64,000 bases of DNA, taken from Bacteroidota bacterium. GTDB lineage: Bacteria > Bacteroidota > Bacteroidia > Bacteroidales > FEN-979. Where the stretch lies: NCBI GenBank assembly GCA_026391715.1, contig JAPLDO010000045.1, positions 73,758-137,757 of the forward strand. Direction: 5' to 3'. Made by a program: the position numbers and the translations under genes. Below, piece by piece: positions 19,506-28,157 of the stretch. Below the pieces are notes generated by a model. That model was not told where the DNA came from. It saw only the letters and a list, made by a program, of their open reading frames with translations, and did no database searches. Numbering within the stretch: position 1 is the stretch's first letter; every line of letters begins with the position of its first letter.

Positions 19506-20414
19506 TTAGAAAAGGTTTATATTCTTTTTACTTAGCCGTTTTATCATTATCAGCTCGTAAACCGCATAAAAATAATGAGCCCAAACACCCAAAAGCATTA
19601 CAATAAGTGTAATAATCATCCACATTGGAGCAATAGGAGTCCATAATTCCCGTGAAGGAACCTCCGCCTTGTAATATTGTTTTGGAACGCCCCAGTTTAT
19701 AGTATTTTTGCCCTCCACAAATCCATAAACGTCATGCTCTTCTATTCTAGCCATAACAATAAGGTTTCCCAGCGTATCTCCAACGATTTCTTTTGGAAAC
19801 TCAAGTGTTCCTGTTCCCGTTTCATCAAGTGAAATCTCGCCAATTTTAAGAAGGCTGAAAAGCCTTGGAACATATATCATAACGGTTTCTTTAGAAATCG
19901 GAATTACCTCCCTTTTCGCATTTTTCTGAGTTGCAGTAACTCTTAGTGTTTTAACAGAATCCTCGACGCTAAAAAAAAGTTTAAGACTTGCGGGTTTTGC
20001 GCTAAAAGAAACTTCAGTAGCAGGATATTTGAGTGTTTCTGCAAATTTTGCCATATATGAAATCATTCCGTCTTTGTTCGTAGGTAAACCAGTAATAGAG
20101 AAAGTAAATTTGGCTATTCCCTCTTGATTTGTATTAACTGTTCCGATTACCTTGTTAGATGTTTCCCCAATCACAATAAATTCAACCTGAGCATCTTCAA
20201 GTGCAAGCGTATTTTCTTCGCGCTTTATTAGCAAAGTAGCTGTGAGGTATACTGAATCCTGCGGACCACAAAAATAGCCCAGCGTAAGCTTGGTTTCGGT
20301 ATATATATTTGCAGAATCCAGGTTTTCCTCTGCTTTCAAATTGTGTGGTTGCATCATCGCGATGAACAATACCAAAATGGTGAGAAAAGAGTTATACTTT
20401 TTCATAGTAATCAT
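19506..20414 (-). CDS. Secreted, C-terminally membrane-anchored protein of unknown function (last gene of the respiratory operon)
   Basis: 302 aa with a signal peptide (...MMQPHNLKA), a beta-rich body and a C-terminal TM (WMIITLIVMLLGVWAHYFYAVY). Starts 17 nt after the NrfD-like gene. Confidence 0.55.
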   Translation of the reverse strand: MITMKKYNSFLTILVLFIAMMQPHNLKAEENLDSANIYTETKLTLGYFCGPQDSVYLTATLLIKREENTLALEDAQVEFIVIGETSNKVIGTVNTNQEGIAKFTFSITGLPTNKDGMISYMAKFAETLKYPATEVSFSAKPASLKLFFSVEDSVKTLRVTATQKNAKREVIPISKETVMIYVPRLFSLLKIGEISLDETGTGTLEFPKEIVGDTLGNLIVMARIEEHDVYGFVEGKNTINWGVPKQYYKAEVPSRELWTPIAPMWMIITLIVMLLGVWAHYFYAVYELIMIKRLSKKNINLF

Positions 20415-20431
20415 TTAATTTCAGTTGATTT

Positions 20432-21745
20432 TCAAACCAATACATCTTCTTTTTTAGCTTCTTCCATCAAACCAGTTACTGGTACAATAGGTACAAACTT
20501 TGATGCGAGTGTAAACAAAAGACAGAATACTGCAACTCCGGCAGCATTCAGGCTCCATTCCACCCAGGTAGCAGTATAATTCACCCACTCAGGCCTGGCA
20601 TCCTGGATAGGGAGATAGGGCGATTCGAGTGTAGGTACCACAATTATATACCGGTTTAGCCAAAGGGCAATAACGACAACTATTGAGGTAAGCGTTATAT
20701 TGGTTACCGTTCTGAATTTAGGTATTCCTACAACTATCAAAGGTAACAGCACACCGATATAGTTTGAAATTATAAAAGGCCAGTAAAATTCCTTGAAAAG
20801 CAACTGAATAAGGAGTTCGTCATTTTTTTCCGAACCATACCATTTGGTCAGATAATCGCTAAAAGTAAAATATCCGAAAAAGGCGGCAAGAACAAGCATT
20901 ATCACCCCAACAGCAACGAAGTGTTTTTTTGTGATGTAATCCTCCAGATGATAAACCTTTCTAAAAACCCACATTGTGATTATCAGCACTGCGCTTCCCG
21001 AATAAACTGCCGCAATTACGAAGTATGGGCCAAAAATTGTACTGTGCCAGCCAGGTTGTAGCGTAACGCTAAAAATCCAAGCTAATACAGAATAAACGAT
21101 AATAGCAATTGAAATAACCATTGCAGCCATAATATCTGTTGCCCTGTTGAGACGCTGCTGTTGTTCCGGGGCGCCGGTATAACCCAATGCAAGGGCTTTA
21201 TAAATGCGTTTTCTCCAGCTAGGAAGACGAAGGAAGTCGTCATCGCGAAGTGTTGCCAGATCGCGTAATAAAGCGAGATAAAGGAAAATGAAACACCCGA
21301 AAATATCGGTTGAAATGGCAATTACGTCCCATGTAATTGGTGATTGAATACGTCCAAAAATTACAAGATAATAAAGTTTATCTAGTCTGCCAATACAAAG
21401 AAGAATAAAGCAAGGGCCAATTAAAAGTGAAATTACCGTAATAAATTCAGCCATCCTGATAACTGGTTTGCGCCAGGTAGTTTTGAACAAATGTAGTGTT
21501 CCAGATATCAGTGCGCCAGCGTAACTGATACCCATAAAGAATATGAAGTTAACAATATATACCCCCCAAACAACGTTGTCGCGCATTCCTGTTACTTCAT
21601 GACCTTTAAAAACCTGCTGAAAAAAAGCATAAATTCCAAAACCGATCACGGCAAGCAGAAATACAATCCAAGCATATCCTGCAAAACTGGTTTGCTCAAG
21701 TTGCGGAGCAAATTCCCTTAATGGACTCTTTTTTTCGTTTTCCAT
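20432..21745 (-). CDS. NrfD/PsrC-type polytopic quinone-interacting membrane subunit
   Basis: 437 aa with about 10 TM segments. Sequence character and position directly after an NrfC-type ferredoxin fit the polysulfide reductase NrfD family. Confidence 0.8.
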   Translation of the reverse strand: MENEKKSPLREFAPQLEQTSFAGYAWIVFLLAVIGFGIYAFFQQVFKGHEVTGMRDNVVWGVYIVNFIFFMGISYAGALISGTLHLFKTTWRKPVIRMAEFITVISLLIGPCFILLCIGRLDKLYYLVIFGRIQSPITWDVIAISTDIFGCFIFLYLALLRDLATLRDDDFLRLPSWRKRIYKALALGYTGAPEQQQRLNRATDIMAAMVISIAIIVYSVLAWIFSVTLQPGWHSTIFGPYFVIAAVYSGSAVLIITMWVFRKVYHLEDYITKKHFVAVGVIMLVLAAFFGYFTFSDYLTKWYGSEKNDELLIQLLFKEFYWPFIISNYIGVLLPLIVVGIPKFRTVTNITLTSIVVVIALWLNRYIIVVPTLESPYLPIQDARPEWVNYTATWVEWSLNAAGVAVFCLLFTLASKFVPIVPVTGLMEEAKKEDVLV

Positions 21746-21747
21746 AT

Positions 21748-22710
21748 TTACGGCTTATTTTTTCTACTATATGGTGTATCTTTATATCTGCTTTTAACCT
21801 CTTCGGTCAAATCCGGAAAACCACGATCAACAGGAAACTGACGATCAACGGGTGGTAGGTAATAAACACAAGGCCTTGTCCCAAGAGTCTCAAGGTATCT
21901 GTATCCAGCCCGGTCACGGATCAACTGGCTGAACTGGTATGTTTCAGTTCCATTGGTTACTGTATCTTCATCCACATCGCCAAAATAGATTACGCCCATC
22001 GGGCAGGCAGAAACGCAATATGGTACTTTACCAACCCGTATCAAATCGGGACAGAAATCGCACTTTGAAACCGTACCCTCCTTTCCAGGGCTGCTAGCTT
22101 CCGGTGAATAAGGCTCTTTATCTTCATCAAACTCGTGATAATGCTTCCATGCAAAAACGCGAGTTGAATATGGACACCCTGTCATGCAGAATTTGCAACC
22201 GATGCAGCGTTCATTATCTATAAGTACAATGCCATCGCTTCGTTTATATGTGGCGCCAACAGGGCAAACACTCACGCACAAAGGGTTGTCGCAGTGAAAG
22301 CAAGGCTTTGGGAACCAATACGGAGAAGTTTTTTCAGAATCCTGTAACAAATACACTTTCAGAAACTCTTGACTTTTTGGAAGATGATGCCCTTTCTGGC
22401 AAGCTTCTACGCATTTCCTGGCATTTTTGCATTTACCAAGATCAATAACCATGACAAATTTTCGCCCCGGAAGTCCTTTATGGGATTCTTCGCGAGAAAC
22501 CCTGGGTAATTTAAGGAGGCCTCTATCCACTTCCATGATCTCTCCTCCAGTTGTGAGGACTTTTACCTTCTTTCCGGATTCCGTTGCATTTGTGTCAACG
22601 TAAGCTGAAACCAAGCCACCGCCGGCTGCTATTCCGGCTCCAGCCAGCAGCCCTTTTTTCAAAAACTGCCGGCGGGAATTTTTTTTATTCAGATTAGATT
22701 GCTCTTCCAC
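21748..22710 (-). CDS. Tat-exported 4Fe-4S ferredoxin subunit (NrfC/PsrB/DsrO/HybA type)
   Basis: Twin-arginine signal SRRQFLKKGLLAGAG. Cys clusters are CKNARKCVEAC, CFHCDNPLCVSVCP, CIGCKFCMTGCP and CDFCPDL...CVSACP. Confidence 0.9.
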   Translation of the reverse strand: MEEQSNLNKKNSRRQFLKKGLLAGAGIAAGGGLVSAYVDTNATESGKKVKVLTTGGEIMEVDRGLLKLPRVSREESHKGLPGRKFVMVIDLGKCKNARKCVEACQKGHHLPKSQEFLKVYLLQDSEKTSPYWFPKPCFHCDNPLCVSVCPVGATYKRSDGIVLIDNERCIGCKFCMTGCPYSTRVFAWKHYHEFDEDKEPYSPEASSPGKEGTVSKCDFCPDLIRVGKVPYCVSACPMGVIYFGDVDEDTVTNGTETYQFSQLIRDRAGYRYLETLGTRPCVYYLPPVDRQFPVDRGFPDLTEEVKSRYKDTPYSRKNKP

Positions 22711-22721
22711 GTTTCTTGATT

Positions 22722-23345
22722 TTAATGTGAATCATGATAACCATTAATCATGCTTTTAAAATTACTTGTTGGATTTTTCCCGATAGTGCAAAAATATATG
22801 TGGACACACATAATCAGACTAATGCCAAACCCTGCAATTATGTGTACAAAATCTGTCAAATCCAGTCCGCTGAAACCGAATACACTATTAACGGTTATTT
22901 CCGGATACAATAGGCCCAAACCGGAAATAATTACAAAAGGCACCAAAATATACATCAGAACTACATAAGTAAGCTGCTGTAACGGATTAAATTTTTCTTC
23001 CTCATTAGCCGGAAAAGGGGCTTGTTCATTTTTGAAAATTCCGATTGTATAAAAATATAATTGTTTTTTCAGCCTGTCAAATGTGTTTTTCAGTGGAATT
23101 ACATAATGACCTCCGTTTTTTGTAAAAAGATTCCCAAAAAAGAAAACGAGGTAACTTAATAAAAGCAGCATCCCCGCAATATTATGAAAAGTGACAGCCA
23201 TGTTGAATTTAACAATGGTTGAAGGATTTGAAAACTGAATACTTAAACCTGTAATAATTAAAATTACGCAAAACAATGCATTTGTCATGTGCCAGATCCT
23301 TATCCAAAAAGGATACAAATAAAGGCGTAGGGAGCTATGATTCAT
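22722..23345 (-). CDS. Membrane b-type cytochrome (Ni/Fe-hydrogenase / PhsC / FdnI cytochrome b family-like)
   Basis: 207 aa with 4 TM segments. Conserved His residues sit in TM helices (IWHMTN, FHNIAG, FVHIIAG, CVHIYF). The start overlaps the upstream cytochrome c gene by 11 nt. Confidence 0.7.
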   Translation of the reverse strand: MNHSSLRLYLYPFWIRIWHMTNALFCVILIITGLSIQFSNPSTIVKFNMAVTFHNIAGMLLLLSYLVFFFGNLFTKNGGHYVIPLKNTFDRLKKQLYFYTIGIFKNEQAPFPANEEEKFNPLQQLTYVVLMYILVPFVIISGLGLLYPEITVNSVFGFSGLDLTDFVHIIAGFGISLIMCVHIYFCTIGKNPTSNFKSMINGYHDSH

Positions 23346-24372
23346 GTGGATGGTTATTTTTTATACGCAAAACTGCGTGGATAATGATTGCGAAAATAGT
23401 TAGCCCGAAAATAATAAAACTAATGATATTCAAGGTGTTGCTTTGATCGGGTCCAATAGTAGTTGAATTTCCCAATAGCAAACCTTTAACAAAACCTTCT
23501 TTCTGAATTTGGGAACTCACCTGGTATTTATATAAGGAGGCGTAAAGAATCGAATTCTGTGAATGACAAGATTCACACTTGCGGACCGCCTGACTTTTAG
23601 GTACCACATGATGAGCAACAACCAAAGTATCCTCATTTTTGGCATGACATTCAATACATCTAACATTCGTAAAATGAGAAGCCTGATTTGGCAGCCATTC
23701 ATGTTTCTGAAGGATATTTGGATTTACTTTATCGGTAAGTAACTGATAATTTTTGATATCTGCATGACAGTTCAGACATATAAGGTTATCATAAGTAATT
23801 GTCTCTTTAAGGATGCTGGTATTCCGCGCATTTATTTTGTAGGTATGAGCATCATGACACATCCAGCATGTAAAATCTTCGCTATGTTTTTCGGAATGGA
23901 CGCTGGCCATAAATCCTGTATCAATTTGCTCAAATTGAAATTTTGCGTATTTCTCATCTCCTCCATGACAGTCAATGCAAGTGGCAATTGCTTCCATGCG
24001 AAGGTTTCCGTTATGGGGGAAAGCGCCATAATCTTCAGAATGACAATCGGTACATTTAAATTCCCGGTGGTTGCTAGAGTAGAAAAGTTCACGGTTGATT
24101 ATAACTTCTGAATACATCCGCTTAGAAACATTTTTATTTGTTTCTTTATTTTGATATGAATATTTCGACTGGCCATGACATTTGAAACAGTTTTCGTTTT
24201 CAACTGCATTTTTAAATTTCATAAAATCTGTCTTTGCCGCTTTTTCTTTTTCGGTTTGAGTTGTAACAATCGGTTTTAAATCAGATGTTTTTAAAAGAAT
24301 AAGGGCAATGGCACACAATAGCAACATCAAAAGAACAAGCCAAGCCGGGCGTAAATTTGCTTTATAAATCAT
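23335..24372 (-). CDS. Heptahaem c-type cytochrome with N- and C-terminal TM anchors
   Basis: Seven CxxCH motifs: CFKCH, CTDCH, CIDCH, CWMCH, CLNCH, CIECH, CESCH. N-terminal TM is WLVLLMLLLCAIALILL and C-terminal TM is IISFIIFGLTIFAIIIHAVL. Confidence 0.9.
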   Translation of the reverse strand: MIYKANLRPAWLVLLMLLLCAIALILLKTSDLKPIVTTQTEKEKAAKTDFMKFKNAVENENCFKCHGQSKYSYQNKETNKNVSKRMYSEVIINRELFYSSNHREFKCTDCHSEDYGAFPHNGNLRMEAIATCIDCHGGDEKYAKFQFEQIDTGFMASVHSEKHSEDFTCWMCHDAHTYKINARNTSILKETITYDNLICLNCHADIKNYQLLTDKVNPNILQKHEWLPNQASHFTNVRCIECHAKNEDTLVVAHHVVPKSQAVRKCESCHSQNSILYASLYKYQVSSQIQKEGFVKGLLLGNSTTIGPDQSNTLNIISFIIFGLTIFAIIIHAVLRIKNNHPHES

Positions 24373-24416
24373 AGTATCTTAAAGTAAATATAAGGGATTG
24401 CATTGCAAAAAGAAAT

Positions 24417-24449
24417 GGGTGTAAACAGGAAATTATCTGTTTTACACCC
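24417..24449 (-). terminator. Hairpin terminator after the monohaem cytochrome c gene
   Basis: gggtgtaaacag-gaaattat-ctgttttacaccc: a 12-bp perfect stem, followed on the minus strand by a T-rich tract. Confidence 0.65.
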
Positions 24450-24481
24450 ATTTGGTTAATCATAATAAACGCGGTATGCAA

Positions 24482-24898
24482 TTATTTCTTGAAAGTACGC
24501 ATGTAGGCAACTAACGCCCAACGATCGTTTGCATCGGGAATTTTCTTTTCATAGGCAGGCATTTCATCGCGGCCTTTATCGGTGCGAAAGAAAAGTTCGC
24601 CATCAGTAGATCCTTGAAAAGCTGCTGAAGAGAAATCTCCCGGGAAAGTTTTCAATGATGCGCCTTTTGGTCCATCGCCCAAACCTTTGCTGCCATGGCA
24701 CGATTTACAATGCTTTGCCCAAAGTTCTTTCCCAGTAGCAACATCAGCTTTTGCTGAGGCTTTCAAAGCCTTGTCTTTATCGGGAACAGGCCATGTCTTT
24801 GCTTTGGCTTGTTGCGCAGAAGCTGCATGACCAAACAGAAAAACGACAGCAACAATAGCTGTAACAATGATTGTTGAAATTTTTTGAGATGTTTTCAT
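24482..24898 (-). CDS. Periplasmic monohaem class I cytochrome c
   Basis: Signal peptide, one CKSCHG site, and a distal Met in DEMPAY. 138 aa. Confidence 0.9.
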   Translation of the reverse strand: MKTSQKISTIIVTAIVAVVFLFGHAASAQQAKAKTWPVPDKDKALKASAKADVATGKELWAKHCKSCHGSKGLGDGPKGASLKTFPGDFSSAAFQGSTDGELFFRTDKGRDEMPAYEKKIPDANDRWALVAYMRTFKK

Positions 24899-24942
24899 AA
24901 TTTTTAATTGTTAGTTGTTTAACATTTTGTTTTGGTTTTGGA

Positions 24943-26010
24943 TTAAAAGGTCCACAACCGGGTTATATTAAATCCAAGAAGAATTGCGCCATTATATGGA
25001 TTATTATTATTATGCATCACGGTTTCCTGGGGAACGAGTCCATTGGCTGCCGTCAGAAAGATCTGGAATGCGTGTGTACTTGTTGAAATTTCCACACCAA
25101 GACCAAAATTGGGCCACGGGGCAGTATTCACGTAAGTAAAAACAGGTTGAGAGTAACTAAGTATGATTGATGCCTGTGGGCTGATCTTCACTTTTCCTAT
25201 ACCGGAAATATTGATGTTATCGTTTGTCATTCCATTTACATGGTTATTGTCCGATTCGGCTTGATCGACCAGGTTATAATGTACCCATGAAATCCCGAGC
25301 TGTGCCGAAAATTCCTTACAAAACCTACGGGCAAACATAAATTCAGCAAAATATGAGAACCTGTAAGAAGCTTTAAAGGTTTGGTCAAATAATGAACTCA
25401 GATCCGGCTGGTTAGCTCCATTTAATCCTGATGCCTGGTTGTAGGTAATATAGTTAATTCCGGCGTTAGTGTCGTTTTCAATAATCTGATTTTGAATGCT
25501 TCTTCGGAAGGCAGTATCTTTTACTAATGAATTGTAATCAAGATCGGATAGCAGTTTATTATTTCCAAGAGAGGATTTATTACTAGCATTTATAGCCACA
25601 TTTCCAAAAAAAGAAATAGTAACAGGAAAACCATCTTTCCTTTGACGAGCAATGACATATTTAATGTTAAAATCCTGCAGCATTTTTAACTTAGTGGTTC
25701 CAAACCCCACCTGCAGATTTTTTGTTATTGTAAAATTAAGCCCGAGACGGATGTTGGAAGCGCCCCAAATTCCATAGAGGTCAGACCAGTGTTGTTGTAT
25801 CGTTCCAAAGTCATGCTGGATAACAGCTTCAAGGGTTCTTGCAGGGGGCAGAAAAACAGTTCGGTCTGCCATAAAATAACCGCTTTCAAATGGAGCTTTT
25901 GCCAATGGTTTCCGGGTGTGTTGTTCAGGGATTGAATCCTGGGCAATAACCATTCCAAGACCGCTCATCATGAAAATAAAACCCAGGGCTAATCGTTTCA
26001 TTTTATCCAT
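24943..26010 (-). CDS. Outer-membrane beta-barrel protein (porin-like)
   Basis: Signal peptide ...GMVIAQD, alternating amphipathic beta-strand pattern, and a C-terminal ...FNITRLWTF aromatic terminus typical of OM barrels. The IQHDFG...IRLGLNF pattern recalls a Bacteroidota barrel family (DUF5777?), but this is unverified. Confidence 0.6.
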   Translation of the reverse strand: MDKMKRLALGFIFMMSGLGMVIAQDSIPEQHTRKPLAKAPFESGYFMADRTVFLPPARTLEAVIQHDFGTIQQHWSDLYGIWGASNIRLGLNFTITKNLQVGFGTTKLKMLQDFNIKYVIARQRKDGFPVTISFFGNVAINASNKSSLGNNKLLSDLDYNSLVKDTAFRRSIQNQIIENDTNAGINYITYNQASGLNGANQPDLSSLFDQTFKASYRFSYFAEFMFARRFCKEFSAQLGISWVHYNLVDQAESDNNHVNGMTNDNINISGIGKVKISPQASIILSYSQPVFTYVNTAPWPNFGLGVEISTSTHAFQIFLTAANGLVPQETVMHNNNNPYNGAILLGFNITRLWTF

Positions 26011-26056
26011 AATATTTATGTATGTATTTAGATTAAATATAAGTGTGAAAAATCAA

Positions 26057-26449
26057 TTAATTATTTACAGCGCCCTCACTGATCCATTTTAAAACAGAAT
26101 CGGCATTGGCTTTGTTGCAATGCTGGCTCATGCCGCCACCGGACGCCATTTCGATATACAGTATGCTGGTTTCCGGCGCGCCCGTGTCTATCATACCTGC
26201 CATATTCTTCATAGCCTGATAGGATTTTCCATCAGTCAGAACTGGTGGATTCTGTCCAACACCGTGACAACTAACACATTTTTCAGTAAAAATGGGTTGT
26301 ATTTCCCCAGCATAACTGATTTTCCCTGGTACCGGTGGAGGAGGTGGTGGTGAAGGAGGATCCGGTACGATTAAATCCTTCGTACATGCTGAAAAGATAA
26401 AAAGCACGAAAAAGATCGTAATCAGTTTTTTCAACTTTTTGCTTTGCAT
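26057..26449 (-). CDS. Lipoprotein monohaem cytochrome c with poly-proline linker (PSCyt1-like domain)
   Basis: Lipobox IFSAC, linker PDPPSPPPPPPVPG, and the IQPIFTEKCVSCHG motif. Confidence 0.85.
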   Translation of the reverse strand: MQSKKLKKLITIFFVLFIFSACTKDLIVPDPPSPPPPPPVPGKISYAGEIQPIFTEKCVSCHGVGQNPPVLTDGKSYQAMKNMAGMIDTGAPETSILYIEMASGGGMSQHCNKANADSVLKWISEGAVNN

Positions 26450-26612
26450 AATTATTTATTTTAGATTAAACTATTAATAATTCGATAATAATTGGTTTTC
26501 TGAGGTACTGAAAATGCGATTTTTTATGGTTGTAAAAAAGCCTCAGGTTCGCTGAAGCCTTTTTCGAATTTAATACCACTTTATTCCAGGGTTGTTAACA
26601 TCAATAAAAAAT

Positions 26613-26654
26613 ACAGATTCCAAAAATAAATCAATTTTTATTTTTGGAATCTGT
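26613..26654 (-). terminator. Strong intrinsic terminator after the hexahaem cytochrome gene
   Basis: An 18-bp perfect inverted repeat, acagattccaaaaataaa / tttatttttggaatctgt, followed on the minus strand by ATTTTTTA. Confidence 0.8.
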
Positions 26655-26672
26655 GCCGCAATTAAAACCTAA

Positions 26673-27977
26673 TTAGGGATTTGCGGTTAACCAATCAATA
26701 GAATTTTGTAAAAGTTGCAGCGCATAAGGAGGATTGTGAACGCCCATAGATAATTCACTGTTGATATAGGCATAGTTGTAAGCTGCACCTAATTCACCAT
26801 ATTTCCATACGCGGCCTATTCTGTTTGCAAAATCGGTATCTTTTGCGTATTTCAGCATATTGCCGTAAATCACCAGACCAGTTGTCGGGCTAACAGTGTT
26901 ATTACTTGAACTTGTTGCATAAAGTTCTGAACTTGTAACAGTTTGGTACAGTTTTCCATTGAAATCGTGGCTTGGAAGCGCGCTGTAAGATACAACTCCA
27001 GATGTATTTGTAGTTTTCTTGAAAACTTTTCTGGCAGTAAGGAGTTCGGCTAATTGTATTCTTTTTGCATCAATAAGGGCTTGAACAGGGGTTATTTTAT
27101 CGCCGCCGTGACATGCAGTACATTCAGCTTTGTTAGCCCATAATGTGTGACCACCGGTTGAGTCGGCTGGATTATATTTATTCATGTGGCAATCCGTACA
27201 TGCAAAAGCTGAGTGTTTCCAAGTTCTTGTATATGTTTTGCCTTGATATTCATAACCATTAATACCTGAAAATAAATTTGACTGGTTTCCATCATGAACT
27301 GAGAAGCTTCTCCCAACCCGGTATTGAACAGTATCATTGTCATTCGTATTCACAAAAGGAAAATATGGCAATTGGTCAAATGCTTTATTTATAACCTGGG
27401 GTCTGAGAGTAGTATCGGAATAAACCAAAGAGGTGGCGCCACGAATCTGGTGGCAACTAACACACAGGTTATTTATTGCGCCAAAATCTGTTGCGGTAAG
27501 ATTTTTGTTATAATTCAAATATACTGGCGTAATACTTCTTAAAATTTGAGCAACTGTATCGCCGGTAAAATCAAATGAACTATGTTTATGGCAGGTTGTA
27601 CAGTTAACTCTGTTTGCAGTTGGCATATCGTTTGCTACAACATATTGTCCACTCCCTAAAATTTGAATAAATCCTTCGCTTGTGTGACATCTTGCGCAAA
27701 ATTTAGTATTTCTACTACTTGCTGTTCCCATATAATGTTTTGAAAAATGGTACTCGGCAATTTTTGAATCAAAATTAGCAATGGTATGGCAAACAAGACA
27801 GGAAGCTGTTCCGTCTTTACCATTTAAGCCATCAACTCCGTTCACTCCGTTAATTCCGTTTACTCCGTTTACTCCGGCAGTACCTTGCGGACCTTCTTTG
27901 GTGCAGGCAGTAAACATCAACATTGCAGCCGAAACCATCATTCCGGCAGCAATAATAAATTTGTGTAATTTTTTCAT
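26673..27977 (-). CDS. Hexahaem c-type cytochrome lipoprotein with collagen-like stalk
   Basis: Start at MKKLHKFIIAAGMMVSAAMLMFTAC (lipobox), then ten G-X-Y triplets. Six CxxCH motifs: CLVCH, CARCH, CTTCH, CVSCH, CTDCH, CTACH. Confidence 0.9.
   Translation of the reverse strand: MKKLHKFIIAAGMMVSAAMLMFTACTKEGPQGTAGVNGVNGINGVNGVDGLNGKDGTASCLVCHTIANFDSKIAEYHFSKHYMGTASSRNTKFCARCHTSEGFIQILGSGQYVVANDMPTANRVNCTTCHKHSSFDFTGDTVAQILRSITPVYLNYNKNLTATDFGAINNLCVSCHQIRGATSLVYSDTTLRPQVINKAFDQLPYFPFVNTNDNDTVQYRVGRSFSVHDGNQSNLFSGINGYEYQGKTYTRTWKHSAFACTDCHMNKYNPADSTGGHTLWANKAECTACHGGDKITPVQALIDAKRIQLAELLTARKVFKKTTNTSGVVSYSALPSHDFNGKLYQTVTSSELYATSSSNNTVSPTTGLVIYGNMLKYAKDTDFANRIGRVWKYGELGAAYNYAYINSELSMGVHNPPYALQLLQNSIDWLTANP
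27804..27893 (-). repeat. Collagen-like G-X-Y coding repeat (10 triplets, 9-bp DNA periodicity)
   Basis: GPQ GTA GVN GVN GIN GVN GVD GLN GKD GTA, read directly from the reverse complement. Confidence 0.9.
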
Positions 27978-28046
27978 TTTTTTACAGATTTTGTTAATAA
28001 ATACGTTTGAATTGCAGCAGACAACTTGTGCAAAAAGTTTCCGCAA

Positions 28047-28054
28047 CAAAAGTA
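28047..28054 (-). promoter_or_regulatory. -7 promoter box TACTTTTG upstream of the hexahaem cytochrome gene
   Basis: The reverse complement of caaaagta matches TAnnTTTG, about 70 nt upstream of ATG 27977. It overlaps the longer ORF start at 28049, which argues against that start. Confidence 0.4.
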
Positions 28055-28130
28055 TCTAAGAAAACAAGAACCCCTCGTATGGTATTGGTGAGATTTGTTA
28101 ATATAATAACTGACATTTCTCAACCGGCTG

Positions 28131-28144
28131 TTGATAAATATCAA
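28131..28144. promoter_or_regulatory. Perfect Fnr/Crp-family box TTGATAAATATCAA
   Basis: Exact TTGAT-N4-ATCAA palindrome in the 180-bp spacer between the regulator gene and the hexahaem cytochrome gene. Confidence 0.7.
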
Positions 28145-28157
28145 TCATTATGTATGA

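Noticed and set aside
20432-24372. Operon as Alternative Complex III (ActABCDEF)
   Set aside because: The ferredoxin (320 aa) lacks the large molybdopterin-like ActB1 domain, there is only one NrfD-type subunit, and the cytochrome has seven rather than five haems. A b-type cytochrome is also present, which ACIII lacks.
27804-27893. 9-bp periodic DNA repeat as a non-coding tandem repeat or CRISPR-like element
   Set aside because: It lies in frame inside the cytochrome gene and encodes G-X-Y triplets. It has no spacer-repeat architecture.
26673-27977. Hexahaem cytochrome as the NrfA nitrite reductase partner of the NrfC/NrfD-like genes
   Set aside because: It has no CxxCK active-site haem motif, six rather than five haem sites, a lipobox plus collagen-like stalk, and a separate transcription unit. 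I see no NrfA-like conserved segments by eye. A profile search should still confirm this.
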